DNA of 64,000 nucleotides from Epiperipatus broadwayi (lineage: Eukaryota; Animalia; Onychophora): contig JAQFVV010000001.1 in assembly GCA_028023455.1 (NCBI GenBank), positions 17,484,001-17,548,000 of the forward strand. The letters are read 5' to 3'. The position numbers were made by a program, and so were the translations under genes. The notes beneath the pieces are model-generated. The model was not told the origin of the DNA, ran no database searches, and worked only from the letters and a program-made list of their open reading frames with translations. Shown piece by piece: positions 50,291 through 63,900 of the stretch. Each line of letters opens with the position of its first letter. The stretch's first letter is position 1.

Positions 50291-50595
50291 AAAATAAAGA
50301 AAAAGGTCAGGGAAAAGATTATGGAATATGAGTTTGAAGCAGAATTGGAAGTTACTTACAGAGCAAGTTGTTTAAAGCATTCAAAAAAACTGTAGAAGAT
50401 GGAATTTTCCTATTTACTATTGTCAATGTGATCAATAATAAAGGGAGACACTTTGAAGAAATGTGGAGTTTTGCTAAGCAAAAGGATCTTCAGGTATACA
50501 TTGTAGAATTGATAGAAGATACTGCTTTTTGTTCTATGAGAAATGCTCATAATCATTCAGTGAATGAAATATCTAAAACTATTAACTCCTGGGAA
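50291..50595 (+). pseudogene. YLPM1: Intronless fragment of the YLP motif-containing protein 1 C-terminal domain, one 1-nt frameshift at ~50367
   Basis: KIKKKVREKIMEYEFEAELEVTYRA/LFKAFKKTVEDGIFLFTIVNVINNKGRHFEEMWSFAKQKDLQVYIVEL...CSMRNAH...INSWE matches YLPM1 as I recall it (KKVMEYEYEAEMEETYRTSMFKTFKKTLDDGFFPFII...RHFDQFWSAAKTKGFEVY); recognised from memory, not searched. Confidence 0.85.
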
Positions 50596-53149
50596 ATTGA
50601 AGATTCTGAAAAAGATAGCAGCAAAATTAAAGTTGATGATATCTGACCATAAATAAGACAGATTTTCAAGAAAGAGTTGAGGGAGAGTTTGATAGTTGTA
50701 AGGGGGGGGGATCAATACTAGTATTGATCTCACTAGATGGAATATAGGGCAAGTGTTCAGCAAGGTTTTGTGGGGGATTTCAATGTAAAAAAAAAGGGGA
50801 GGGGGATTTTTTTTAAAAAGGAACAAAATAAAGAAAATTTTATTATATTATTTATTTCGAGGCATAATGACGCAGTTGAACCGGATACTTTCTCCACTTT
50901 GAAAGCCACCATCATGAAATCGAAACTAAACTGTATATTTATAAAGATTTTAAAAGAAACAAGGAAATTGTATTTAAAAATTTTTCATTTCATCTTTTTT
51001 ATTAAGAGTACGTGATATAACACACATGTACTTGACTGTAAATGGAAATCACAAAAATATTTTAATTTAAAAACAATTTGATTAAGAAAAGTGTTTTTTC
51101 TTGTTTTAATTTATTTCAAAAGCAGAGACTCAATTTTTTTTAAATTTATTAAAAGTGGTATTTGAAAAGTAAAAACAAGATAAAGAATGACCCTGGTTAA
51201 AACTTTTAATTAAGATCTGGTGGTAAATAAATACTAGCCCTGGTTATTTTTTAAGATCTTGTGGGAGATAACAATAGTATATAAAAGTTATGTTTTTTTG
51301 ATTGTGGAAAATATAACTAAAATATTTGCTAATTACAGACTGCTGATGTGATATATTTTTATGTTTGCTAATTGTGAAGTGAAATTGACTAATACAAAAA
51401 TTATTTTGCTATGAATTGCGAAGTCAAGACAACTAAGGGAATATTAAATTGCTGGTTACTAATTGCTAAAGAAACTATACTTAATACTGAAAATTGCTAC
51501 TATCCATTCATAGTGCAGAAACTACCAACCTTGAAGAACCATATTAAAAGTATCCTATGCTGAAAACCTTCCAAAACACACCCTGGAGCTCCACAATTGT
51601 GATATCAATAACATGTTTTAATGTGTTAGTTCAAAACTGATCATGAAATTACCCTTCGTATTCCATGACCAGATCAATGGAGACAAAAAAAAGAAAAAAA
51701 CACAGTAGGGTACTTCCAATAGAATGAAACCATGCACACACCACTGGAGTAAAATCAGACAGAAAAACTGAAGCCAGAAAAGTAACTGAACATTCTCCTA
51801 TTTTAACCAGGGCATATATCTCTAAATTTTATACTCAAAGCAAAATAATACAAGCATATGATAGGTTTATTAGTAATAGTTTAGATCTTATTAGTAGTTT
51901 TCTAAATATTCAATTTAATATCTGTATTTTCTACTATTATCCATAAATTGTAGATAAATTAAAGTAATATTTTATTTTTATTGTTTTGTCGGAGAATGTA
52001 TTGTAAGTGGTATTTAATTTTTTTTGATATTATTATTATTTGTTGTTAAATGCTTTGGCAGATCATAGTAGTTTTTTTAGATCATCTATCCCTTTTTATT
52101 TGAAATTAATTTAGTTTAATGTGTGTTTGTGTTTCCTGCAGACTGTAGATCTTTTGGCTAGCGATTTATTGATTATGTAGTTCTATCTTTTTTATAAGCC
52201 ATTGAAATTTGTAGATTTTCTTATATTTATTATATTAAAAATTAAAAACTTATAATCTTATCTCTCTGTTTGTATGGAGGTAACCCTAAGGGCTATATTG
52301 TACTGCAACCTCTTATGAGTGTTTATGGAGCATATGACATTTCTTGTCCCATTGTTTTTACAGGGTTAAGGAAAGCATGTTTCATGCTGTTTGTTGACTT
52401 CTGTACAAGATTGTTTTTACTAAATCTCTAAAGAAAGAAAAATAAAAATCAAAGAGTAGATAAATCAATGGCAGAAAGATTATTATAATCCCCTATAAGT
52501 TAGTTGAGAAACAACTTATCTTCTGAAGTGTTTGATGCCACAATACTCTCAGTCCGACAAATAAGGGATGGAATTTAGGTCAAATTTTTATATTTTTGTT
52601 TGATTAATAATTTTTTGAATTTAATAAAACTTAAAAATTTATTAATAATTATATTTTTTTGGTTGATGTTTGTTTCTGTATTTTGTCTCTCAATTATCTG
52701 ATCAATGTTTAAGATCTCTTTCTCTCCCTGGGTATAGCTGATGGTATTTATATTCATCATCATTAACTTTTCAATCATTGTAAATTAAATTTTTATGCTG
52801 TCAGTGACCTAGTGGTGCTCTCAGTGATAAAAAAAAGTGAAGTGTCCAGTACACTGCACAATACTGATATCTAAAGGTTTGTTGAAATTAATATAACATT
52901 TTTTATTATCAATTGAACACAAAATGAATAAATGAATATTACAGATGCCTAAAAGAAAATAATTTTAAGCTAAAAGAATGCACTACCATATATTTAAAAA
53001 ATTTCATGTTTATAAAGAGAATTGTCAAAAAATTATTTTATTAACTCAGAGCTGCTATTGCTCAGTAGTATGTACATCATAGTCTTTATAAATAGTGAAC
53101 AAAACCTCTCAAAAATAAATGGATAAAGTATGTTAAAGCAGTTGTCAAG

Positions 53150-53425
53150 TATTCTGTTAATTAGTATTTATATATTGGGATTATCTAATATTAAATATTG
53201 AATGTCATTATAAAAATTTAACTTTATTTAAATATTTCAATAATATTCAACTGTTAGTATTACCATATAGTGTAATATATGTACAACATTTCAAGAGATA
53301 TAAGTCTCTCTTCTTTAGGTGTTTCTGGCCTTATCAGTAACAGTACTAACATGGGAAATAAATCTGAAACTTAGATTCTTGAATATTGAATTTTAAGGTA
53401 AAGTTCTAACCCCTGAGCAATTCTG
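53150..53425 (-). mobile_element. tRNA-derived SINE (family B)
   Basis: Reverse-complement match to 54531-54810. Confidence 0.7.
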
Positions 53426-54019
53426 CCAACAATAAGAGTCAGAAAAAATTCCATATACTTATCTCTAATGTTCATCCTGATTTCTCCATTTTTTGCTAAG
53501 AGCAAAGTTAATTAGTGTTTTTCATAGATTATGTATAGTAAAGATGGTTGATTTAGAGAGTTTTTCACTATTGTCTGTGAATAACTTATTTGAATTTTTT
53601 TATTTGTATTTTTTCTCTCTATTCAATATTGTTAAATTTTCACAATTGAATATATGTTTCTTGGAACATACATGAACTGCTACTTTAAACACATTTATTT
53701 ATCTCTTTTAATCATCAGTTTGTGCTTTTGCAATTGCTTTTGAATGGGATGACTGATCTTACCAATATATATTTTTTCACATTCATGTAGTATTTCATAG
53801 ATGCAGTTTTTGCTTTTCAAGTTTAGGCTTTGTAAATGTTAGAATTCCCCATAGTATGATATGGCTCTGGAAAGCTGGTCTGATGTTATACTGATTTCAT
53901 ATTTTCCTAAATTTGTCAGCTAGTTTTGGTATATATGGGTATACTACCATACCAAAATTGTTTTTCTTTTGATGGGTTCTTTCTGTTGTTTATTTAAGGT
54001 TTTTTTAAATAACAGCTGA

Positions 54020-54450
54020 TGGTTAACCATATACATAAAAATAGCAGACAAATTAAGAAAAATATGTACTCAGTGTAACATCAGAACAGTTTTCCAGAGC
54101 CATACCACATTATGAGGAACTGTAACATATATAAATCCTAAACTTGAAATGCTGAAAAATAAAATTTGCATATATGAAACATCATATGAATGTGAAGAAA
54201 TGTATATTGGTGAAATAAATATTCCCATTGAAAGTGTTTGCATGAAGACAAACTGATGATTAGAAGAAAAAAACAGCTATGTCTGTACCAAGAAACATAT
54301 GTTCAATTGGGAAAATACAAAAATATTGGATAGAAAGTAAAATATACAAATAATATTTTCAAAGAAGCTGCTCACATGACAATGGCAAATGACCCCATAA
54401 ATTAATATAGTGTGACTATGCATAATGTATGGAAATCACTAACCAACTTT
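54020..54450 (+). pseudogene. Degraded Penelope-like GIY-YIG endonuclease remnant (older family)
   Basis: PYIK linker (~54028), CIYETSYECEEMYIGE (~54167), FNWENTKILD, FKEAAH; frameshifted. Confidence 0.75.
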
Positions 54451-54530
54451 GCTCTTAGGAAAAAGTGGAAAGATCAGGAGAAACCTCATAGATAAGTATA
54501 TGAAACTTTTACTGACTGTTGTGTTTGACA

Positions 54531-54810
54531 AGATGGCTCAGTTGGCTAGAGTGTTACCTTAAAATTCAATATTAAAGAATCTAAGATTCCAGGTTTGATC
54601 CCAAGTAAGTATTGTCACTGGTCAGGCCAGCAATATCTGAAGAGAACAATATCTCTCAAAAAGTTGTTCATATACTAACCTGTGTGCTATTACTACTAGA
54701 TGAATGTAATTGAAATATTTAAATAAAGTTACATTTTTCTAAAACATATTAGATGATGGAAATAGTCCAATATATACATATAACTAAAATACCATCATCA
54801 TAAACCTCCA
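54531..54810 (+). mobile_element. tRNA-derived SINE (family B)
   Basis: A-box TGGCTCAGTTGG (54534) and B-box GGTTTGATCCC (54592); body shared with three other copies. Confidence 0.75.
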
Positions 54811-56105
54811 AATAAACATTCTGTTAAGTAATCTTTAGAAATAATCAAGAAGTCTATTTTAACTTTAAGTAATTAAAAAAAAAACTGCTGAAAAATAATC
54901 TAAACTTCAAGTATAAACAAAACGGTTAAAAGAGATAAAGACTATTCATCAAAAAAAAAAAAAGATCAAAGATACAAAGTTATACTTGAACACTGCACTC
55001 TTGGACTAATATACTCTGGCCTTCATTGATTGTCCTATTTATAATTATAACTCTCAATAGAGCGAGAGTCGCTAGACCTTGTTTAATGATTGATTATATG
55101 TAAAAGTTTTCATTATAAATAAATATATATTATTAAAAGTAAACAAAGCGGTTTCATAAATAATAATTTCAAACTTTAAAGAATTTACTATACTATTAGC
55201 AGCAAATTATAGCAGACATATTTTGTATTAGACATAAACCTCATTGTTGTCTTTATAGACAAAATTAACTAAATAAAATGTCCAGTTAAACAAAGACTTA
55301 CCATATCATTTATAACAAAGATCTTAACTGTAATAATAAGGATGAAGATTCTTTTTAAATGTATAATACTAAAAAGAAACCCCCAAGAAAGAAAAAAGCA
55401 TTTTGATAATTCTTTTTGTATTTTTTTAAAATTATTTTGTTAAAAATAATAAATATTAAATAAAATATATTTAATATTCCTGAAACATTCAGATATATAT
55501 TACCTCTTTATATATATATATAATAAACTTTATTAATAACAAATTATTAATAGCAAATTATATATAAGTATTAACATATATATAAGAAAATTTTTGTCAA
55601 TGAAACAAGAGTTACTTATATAGTAATTAATTACCACATTTCATGATTAACAAAGTTAATGATAATCGTTCCACATTTCTTTCGATGTTTGTATTAAAAA
55701 TATAGTTTTCAACACTTCAATTATATACCTTCAAAAATACATATCTAATTTTTTTTAGAACTCCATCTATTTAAGACATTTCAAAGAATATTACAAAAAA
55801 CTTTAATAATTTAATTATTTTGAAAATCGCATTTTATTGACAATTAGTTTTTTCAGAGAACAATAATTGATAAAAAAAAATCTATTGGTTACTGTAATGT
55901 TTCATAAATTACATTAAATGTATCAACTAATTTTCTAAATTTCTCTTCATTATAGCCTTAATAATATAAATGAATTTTTAAAAAATAAATCCGTGTTTTA
56001 CTAATTTTCATCTCATTTAAAGTTTTTATTATATTTTCATTTATAATAACAGAAACTACTTCATCCTTATCTACTCAATGTTAATATATATATATATATA
56101 TATAT

Positions 56106-56400
56106 TAATAATTCAAACAAATATATTTAACACAGTATTCAAAATTAAATAATATATTCTTTACCAGAAGTATTTTCAATTGTTTCACTGACAATCTTTA
56201 TCAACTGTTAATACAAACGTACAAACAGAATTGTGGGAAATTTGAATAGATTGAATGATGGGTAATGCAAGTTTTTATTTTTTGTACGTTTGTATTAACA
56301 GTTGATAAAGATTGTCAGTGAAACAATTGAAAGTACTTCTGGTAAAGAATATATTATTTAATTTTGAATACTGTGTTAAATATATTTGTTTGAATTATTA
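56106..56400. repeat. Fold-back / MITE-like inverted repeat next to (TA)n
   Basis: 120-bp arms 56106-56225 / 56281-56400 with one mismatch seen; 55-bp spacer. Confidence 0.92.
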
Positions 56401-57319
56401 TTATATAATTTAAAAATACAGACATTTAATGGTTGTAGTTATATATATATAATATACCATTTTTATCATATAAATTATTTATATGTTCTTTCTATTTCTT
56501 TAAGGTATCTATATATATATATTTTTTTACTTTATCATTTTACACCATTTTCTATTTCAATTTTTAAATTCAGATCATTATCCAAACTAATTTGTTCTAA
56601 TATAAAGTAAATCAATCAACTTTCAATAATTTATCTATTTTCTTTAGTTTATTCTATTAATTACTTTCACTATCATTATTTCTATTATGTCATGTCTTCT
56701 CTACATAATTTCTAGTTTTTTAAAATGAATGTTTTTTTTTCAATTTCTTTCTGCTGCTTTATTTGTTACTTCCATATTAACTGACATATTTTTATACTTT
56801 CTAATCTTTTTTAAAAATATTTTATGTTTTTTTTTTTTCTGTAGCACATTATTAAAATTTCCTAAAATAATTCAAATTTTTTATTGGAATTTATTTTTTT
56901 CTATTAATTTACTATTATTTATTTTTTTTGTAATCCAACGATCTGAAAGTATTCTTTAATGGCTAACTTTAATTCAAAAATTAGCCATTTATTTTTGTCT
57001 CAATTTTTATTTTCTTATAAGATAATCTCAATTCAATCACTATTGAAATGTCATTTTAATTTACACTAGCTTTAGGATGTTCATTTGCAATCCCAATATA
57101 GTTTCTAAAGCTATTTACAATCAAAAATATCCATAATTGTAAAGCAGAAGCAACTACCTCCCATTCAGTTAAGCAGCACCAAACATCAATGAAAAGTCGG
57201 ATCTCTGGGCTCTGCTACACACAAGCCCAGCCTTTGACTTGGCTTTCAATTCACATGATGAACCATCAAAATGTAATAGTACTGAAATCTATTCTTATTA
57301 TATGAAAGCTATCCTGTGT

Positions 57320-57900
57320 GATCCACTGTCTTGTGATTACCAAACACTATGTTCATTGCTATAATTTTTTTTTCAAAAACATCAAATTTATGTCTTTCTC
57401 ATTTCTTACCCAAAGTCATAATAATCTCTAACAATTTTATCATCAATTCAGTATTCTATCATACAATATGAATCTTTAATTATTGTTATACATCTCTTTT
57501 CATAACTTTGAATTTTTTATAGACTCTATCATCATCACAATTATTGTTTGATATGAGTATCTGAATAATCACCAGGTAAAAGTAAAATGCTTTCAGTCTA
57601 ACAGTGATTAATATATCAGAGTTTTATTTGTAATTTTATTTTTTATTTTTTTGGCAATAATCATTACTTACATAATAATGGGTGTTTTTTTCCATAGAAT
57701 ACAAAACTCTCATAGCTGATATATTTTGTCTTCCCAGAATCTTCCAATTTAAATTTTACTATAAATTTATGAATTCCTGTGTCTTGTTCATAGTTCTAAT
57801 ACTCCAAATTTTTAGTGTATATTTTTTATTATAATGGTAATAGGCAGGTTGATTAGATTGATTATTCAATCTTGGGCAGTTTAGTAATTTAGCTGAAATA
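57320..57900 (-). pseudogene. Degraded LINE apurinic-type endonuclease (RTE-like)
   Basis: TLKIWSIRTMN (WNVRT-like) near 57800, then a remnant resembling G.RNE.G..F...IIAMN..F..H across stops. Confidence 0.5.
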
Positions 57901-57913
57901 GTTTTCATTTCTA

Positions 57914-58186
<273 letters not shown>

Positions 58187-60848
58187 ATCGTGCAGTCAAA
58201 ATTAAGTCATTGGCTTATGACATTGATATTATTAGGCTTATAAAGATAAAAAAATTCTTTTTTTTTTGCTTTTATTAGTACATTCCTCAACTCCTCTATA
58301 GTGCAATTATCTAATAACATAAAACTCAGCCAACTCTCTATAACTATGCATGCACTTTGTGAACAACTAGAGATATCAAACACTTGAGCTTTTATGCCTC
58401 TGTTGGTAGCTTGAACTATTTCAATACATCTTTTCCAATTAAGAGCTAGTTTATATCAATTTTTAATATCTTGTAAAAGATGAAATAATGATCTCTCTGC
58501 CGAAATTTTTTCCCAAAATAAATTTTTTTGTTATGACCAGTATGTTCTTTATATCAAGTTCACTACAGGCAACCGTTTACCAAGGGGGGCGGGGGGGTGA
58601 GAGAGAAAAAACATGTTACTTTTTCAATTTTTTTTCTTATTTCAAATGACATTTTTGAAAGTCGTTTTAATTTCAGTTATATATACACATATATATATAT
58701 ATAAATTTATTAATCCTTCTATCCATTCACCTGTCCATTCATTTACATATCTATTTATCTTTTATCCATCTATATACCTACCTATCCGTCTATCTAATTA
58801 TAAACCATGCAATCACTTGTTTGCCAGCTACTTACCTACATTATCTATTTATACTTAGTGTATAGATTTAAACAGTATAGATTTTCAATCATATATGGGC
58901 TCATTAAAAATATATATATGTAATTTTGCAAGGATTTTTAAAAGCACTAACATTTGAAAGTGTTATAAAATGCAATATCAATTTTTTAAAATAATTAACT
59001 GCTGCACTATCAGTTCAAACTGTGTAAATATATTACTTTAATTTTCAAGAATCTTTTAAACTGTTCTTTTAAATTGCCATGTGAAATACGCTGAGTGATA
59101 GATTAGTTGACCACCCTTGATCTATTAAATAGTTTTTCTAGATTTATATAATACAAATATAAACTTTTTTCTTTTTAAATTCATATACTATCAACGTTTT
59201 CATACACATATAAATAATCGTGTGGATAATATGTATTCGATTTTTAAACAAACTGTTAAATTCTTAAAAAAAATTCCAGCATCACTATCTTTAATAATCA
59301 TTAGTCTATTGCAAAATGAAAGTTTTCATATTTAGTGCAGTTTGTCTTTTTTGTGGATATTTAACTAACTTCTTATATAGATATATTTTTGTGCGTGTTT
59401 TATAATTTTAATGTAATTAACTTTTTTTTATATGTTATCTACCAACATCTTCAGACTGAATCTATTTTAGACAATATTTTTGGTAATGCCACTGATATCT
59501 TATTATTGTAATGAAATATTTGCTTTCAATCCTCTTTATCAGTTCTATTAGACATCTTCTATTTATTTTTAAATATCCATATTTTCATATTGGAAACAGT
59601 GAATGTTTTTCTTTTTTCAATCACAAAATCATAAATTGTGAATTATTTCTATTGAAATCTTGACTCTTTCCAAGTTTAAATTTATAATTAAGTATTTATT
59701 ATCTTCTTATTTTTTTCTACATTAACAAATTTAAGCAGGGTAATGGTTATTATTAAAGTCTTCTAATTTATTATTATCTTGAATTGTATGCTTTTGAAAA
59801 AAAACACTTTTATGTTTTGTCTAATTGGTCTTACTATATCTGACTTAAGTAATATTTATGGAAAAAAAAATTCTGTAAAATTCAGATGATTTAATTCTGT
59901 TTTATATATATATAAAATCATAAGTGATGGAAGTATCTTAGAAATAACTAAACCGTAAATGACAATTTTATGTAACACATTAGATCAAGGTTATTTTAAA
60001 TTCTGTTTTTGTAAATAATTTTATAGTTTTTGTTAAAGTGTAAGATCATGATTATTTTACATTCGTATTTTAAAGTAATTTTACAGTTTTTGTTAAAGTA
60101 TTGTACCGGTCGAAAATGTATGTCCATCCAACAAGATTTAGAATCTGAGCAAAAGTACCCCGAATCCAATCATGCCCGAGATACACAGGTCAGGAGCAAT
60201 CATGAATTGTAAACTGTTTGCCCATTTCCCAAATCTATAACACTACGGACAACACCCACAGTGGTACTATATAAATTAATTATTTCGGTGCTCGGTGCTA
60301 CATCGTTTTGCATGAGAACTCAGCTGATGATGAGAGATTGAGTGAACTCAAAATATAAGTAAAAAAAAACAAAATAAATATATTAAGGAGAATCGAACAA
60401 CTGGATTAAGTTTAAAAATATAAATATTTATTTTGGCAAAATTCAAGATGATTTTATATATTCAACTTCACACATTTAAAACTTTATTTTTGTTTACAAA
60501 TATTTGACCATCTTGATACAATTATTTTATTTAGACTGATATGAATTTAATGCGGCAGTTACAATACTGAACGTATATTTAAAAATAGGATTTTATTCAA
60601 TCTTACAAAACGGATCTATCTGGCTGTTTTGGTGGTCGTTTATACATTAAAACACATATAAAGATATGATAATAGTAGAGTTTTAATGTTTGTATGATTT
60701 CATAGGATGCCCTTGGCATTTGATACATAGTTTATTTTCATTTATAGCATTTATTGGCAACACTTAAATAAGGATACATTCTGATCAGTAAGTAGATTAA
60801 AAACATTATTTATTTCACATTTAACGTCAAATATCGCGAACTATGCAA

Positions 60849-60955
60849 GCGTTGTTAATCGAGAAGTCAGCGCAGCTGCCTTGCAAACAAATAGTTGGTT
60901 GCAGACGGTTGTGGGTTCGCTTCCCGGCTGATGCTATTACATATGAAAAAAAAAT
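60849..60955 (+). mobile_element. tRNA-Gly(TCC)-derived SINE (family A)
   Basis: gcgttg...cagcgcagctgccttgcaa...gtgggttcgcttcccggctgatgct attacatatg(A)n. Confidence 0.75.
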
Positions 60956-63900
60956 ATCATGAAACTCTATCAATACAGGAATGGCTTATTTCAATAAAGA
61001 GAAGGGCAGCTTCATGAGAGGTTGGATTTAAACTCCAACTAAAAATATTATAAAGAGAAAAACGTTTCATTATTACACATCATTACGGTTTATTTTGTTA
61101 AACAGGCTAAAAAACTAGCTATAAGAAATTGCAGTGCTAGCTTATGCCAGTGAGAGAAAGGATGGCACATTTGGTGAAGAAAATGTCATTCTCCGAATTT
61201 TAAGGTGGTACACTAGCTTCATGCTTTCGGTACCAAAAAGGGAAAGGTAGGAAGTAACTATGGGTCCAGATCATGGCAAAGCCGGATAGAGCTTCAACTA
61301 CACTAACCTGTTATGAATGAAAACAAAAAAAATGGAAGGCTTTGAATCCCTGGAATGAGGTACAGGTGAATCAAAGCAGTATATAAATATATACTTTACA
61401 AAGAAGAATGACAAACAAAGATGATCGTGAATCCCTGGAATGAGGTACAGGTGACTCAGATCACAGCCATATGTGGCTTATTAATAATTTCTGACATATA
61501 CCAGCAATGCTATTATAAGACTATAAAAACATTGGATTTAAATACTAAATAAAGCCTTAAATGGTTTAACAAATATGTAATGATATGTTAAAATAATGAC
61601 CCATGTAAGATAAAGTCATTTATCAAAAGTTAAACTATAATTAATGAAGCATGCATTTCTCCCCCTTCTTGAATCAATACTATTTTGTTTAAATATATAA
61701 AAAACTAAAATTTATGCACTTAAAAGTGTGAACAACAAAATAGAATTAGTTCACCAGCCTTTTTGGCAATCATGATGAATAACGAAATTAATAAAACTAA
61801 TGGACACTAATATCCACCCCAGATTGCAAAGTATTTATACATTTTGTATAATTTTACAGCAAAATATATTTTTTAAAAAAGCATATATTCATTTTACAAA
61901 AAAACTCAGTCTTATGAACTATTTATAAATAAATAAATAAGAACTCATTAATCCCCACCCCTTCTATTCCACAGCAGGATATAGAAGTTCGTAAGACTAA
62001 GTTTGATGACATTTACAAATATAAATCAAATGAAAATACAAAAATATCATTAAAATTAAATTATAACCGCACTAAATTATAAGAAAGATAAGTATGAGTT
62101 GGATGAAATATTTTATAAGATTAGTTTAGATTATAGAGAATCGATACCAAGGAAATAATTATTAGTTTAACATGCTTGTCAATTAGTGAGTTAAAAAGAG
62201 GTTTAACATAAAGAAAACATTAATTTTGAAGAGCTAGGATTCATGTAAGACAATTGTAATGGCTTAGGACTTGTTACCTCATGACTATGGGATGAAGTAG
62301 GCATGAGTCTCCCATGGCAGGCATAATTCTTTGATTTAACATATCTCTTGGCCTCAGTGGTTCTTTTACAGCATGGGCATACTTGAGAAGTAGGGGCTAC
62401 ATCTCTGCACAGTGAAGAGTTGATCTGAAGATGGAGGAAATGGGAGCTTAGGCCCCTCTTTTTATATATCAAACAGAAGTGAAGTCGGTTAGCCACTATT
62501 GAGTGAACTCTGACACAATAGATTTTTGGCCCTATTTATACAAACTTTGAGTTATTCAAAGAATGTTTTTAATTAAACTTTTTAACTCTTAATTAATTTT
62601 TAAGTTACAGAAATATTTTCTGTATTGTTATTGGAGATGCAATCGCAAGATCACTGTCCAAAAATAAATTCAAATCAATTTCCAGATTGGAAATACATTT
62701 GATAAAAATGTTAACAGCTAACTAAATCAATTAGCTTTGTTTTAAATTTTACTTTAATTTAAAAATTCCTTTTTAATCATGAATCAAAGTAATGTTCCCA
62801 CCCCTTTAATTATTCTTGGACAGTTGGCGATTGCATTTTCCATCTTGAATTTTTATGTAGTTTTATAATGAAAAATAATTACAAAATAAATAAGATATGA
62901 TCAAAGAAAAAAAATACAAAATTATTTACAATATTTGTTTGCACTTTTATATATATAAAAGCTCCATTAATATACGTATACATCTGAATTGCATCTAGTC
63001 ACATTAATATCAAAATAATTAAAGAATTTTTATTTAAAATTGATATTTGTAACTTTTATAGACTCTTCTCAAAAATATACATATAGTTTATATACGTATG
63101 ACAAAAAAAAGAGCAGGATAAAACATGGGGTGTGGTAGAACAGTGAAACTTGATCTTGAACTAAGGTTGGCTGTTTCAGTATATAAATATAATTTTATTG
63201 CATCTTTTTTTAAAAAAAAAATCTTTAAATTAAATCTTCTTCTAGAATCTTTATTACTGAGACTGAAAATTGGGAAAAGCTTAAGATATTTGAATGATTC
63301 AGCACTTTTTTTTTTGTCATTGAAAAAAAAACAATTTGAAAGTATTAATAATATATACTTTGTTAATGCATTTTTAAGTCTTTTTTTTTGTCAATAAATA
63401 ATCTGCTTCAAAAATAGAACTTAGAAATACAAGTCTATTCTAAGAAGTTTTGCTAAAAATCATAAATGGTGATTTTATGTAAAGGTTATTTTAAATCCTA
63501 TAAACATATGTTTAGTGTTATTCTTTTCTAATTTAATCCAACTTTAATGTAATGGTTTTGGAATTTCAAACATATAATATATGTGAAAAGAAGTATTAGA
63601 AATAAATATTTTTCTTAAACTATGTCAAAAGGATGGGGTCCAAGAAAGACATGAGGAGTTGGACACTGAAGGTGATAAGAGGGCATGACCCTTTGATTTG
63701 ACAGAATTTACAAAGTATTCTGGAACAAATTATGTAAAATGTTTGAGGAGTTGTAATTATCTTGTTAAAATGGATTTTGAAATGATGATATAAATAATTC
63801 AATGATTCCAAATACTTCCAACTCCTTATAGAACTAAACGATGTTAATAATCTAGTAATACATTGCATAATAACAATTGATACTCTGATCCTTTTTATAC

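Larger units (their letters stand above)
47339..52853 (+). mobile_element. Putative old non-autonomous LTR-type element with ~2-kb direct repeats
   Basis: ~47345-49292 and ~50873-52853 align throughout (~80% by eye) and end ...TACA; the 1.6-kb interval holds a decayed coiled-coil gag-like stretch and a YLPM1 fragment; no clear PBS or TSD. Confidence 0.6.

Noticed and set aside
57060-57300. LHFDGSS...AGLV RNase H-like reading on the minus strand
   Set aside because: Short; an alternative frame fits the end of the adjacent endonuclease relic, so it cannot be assigned.
59420-60350. CUGAAGA (59448, -) and CUGAUGA (60324, +) hammerhead-like cores
   Set aside because: No properly placed GAAA or stem I/III pairing.
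63620-63800. Weak Gypsy RT-like remnant on +
   Set aside because: No YxDD motif retained; similarity too low to support.
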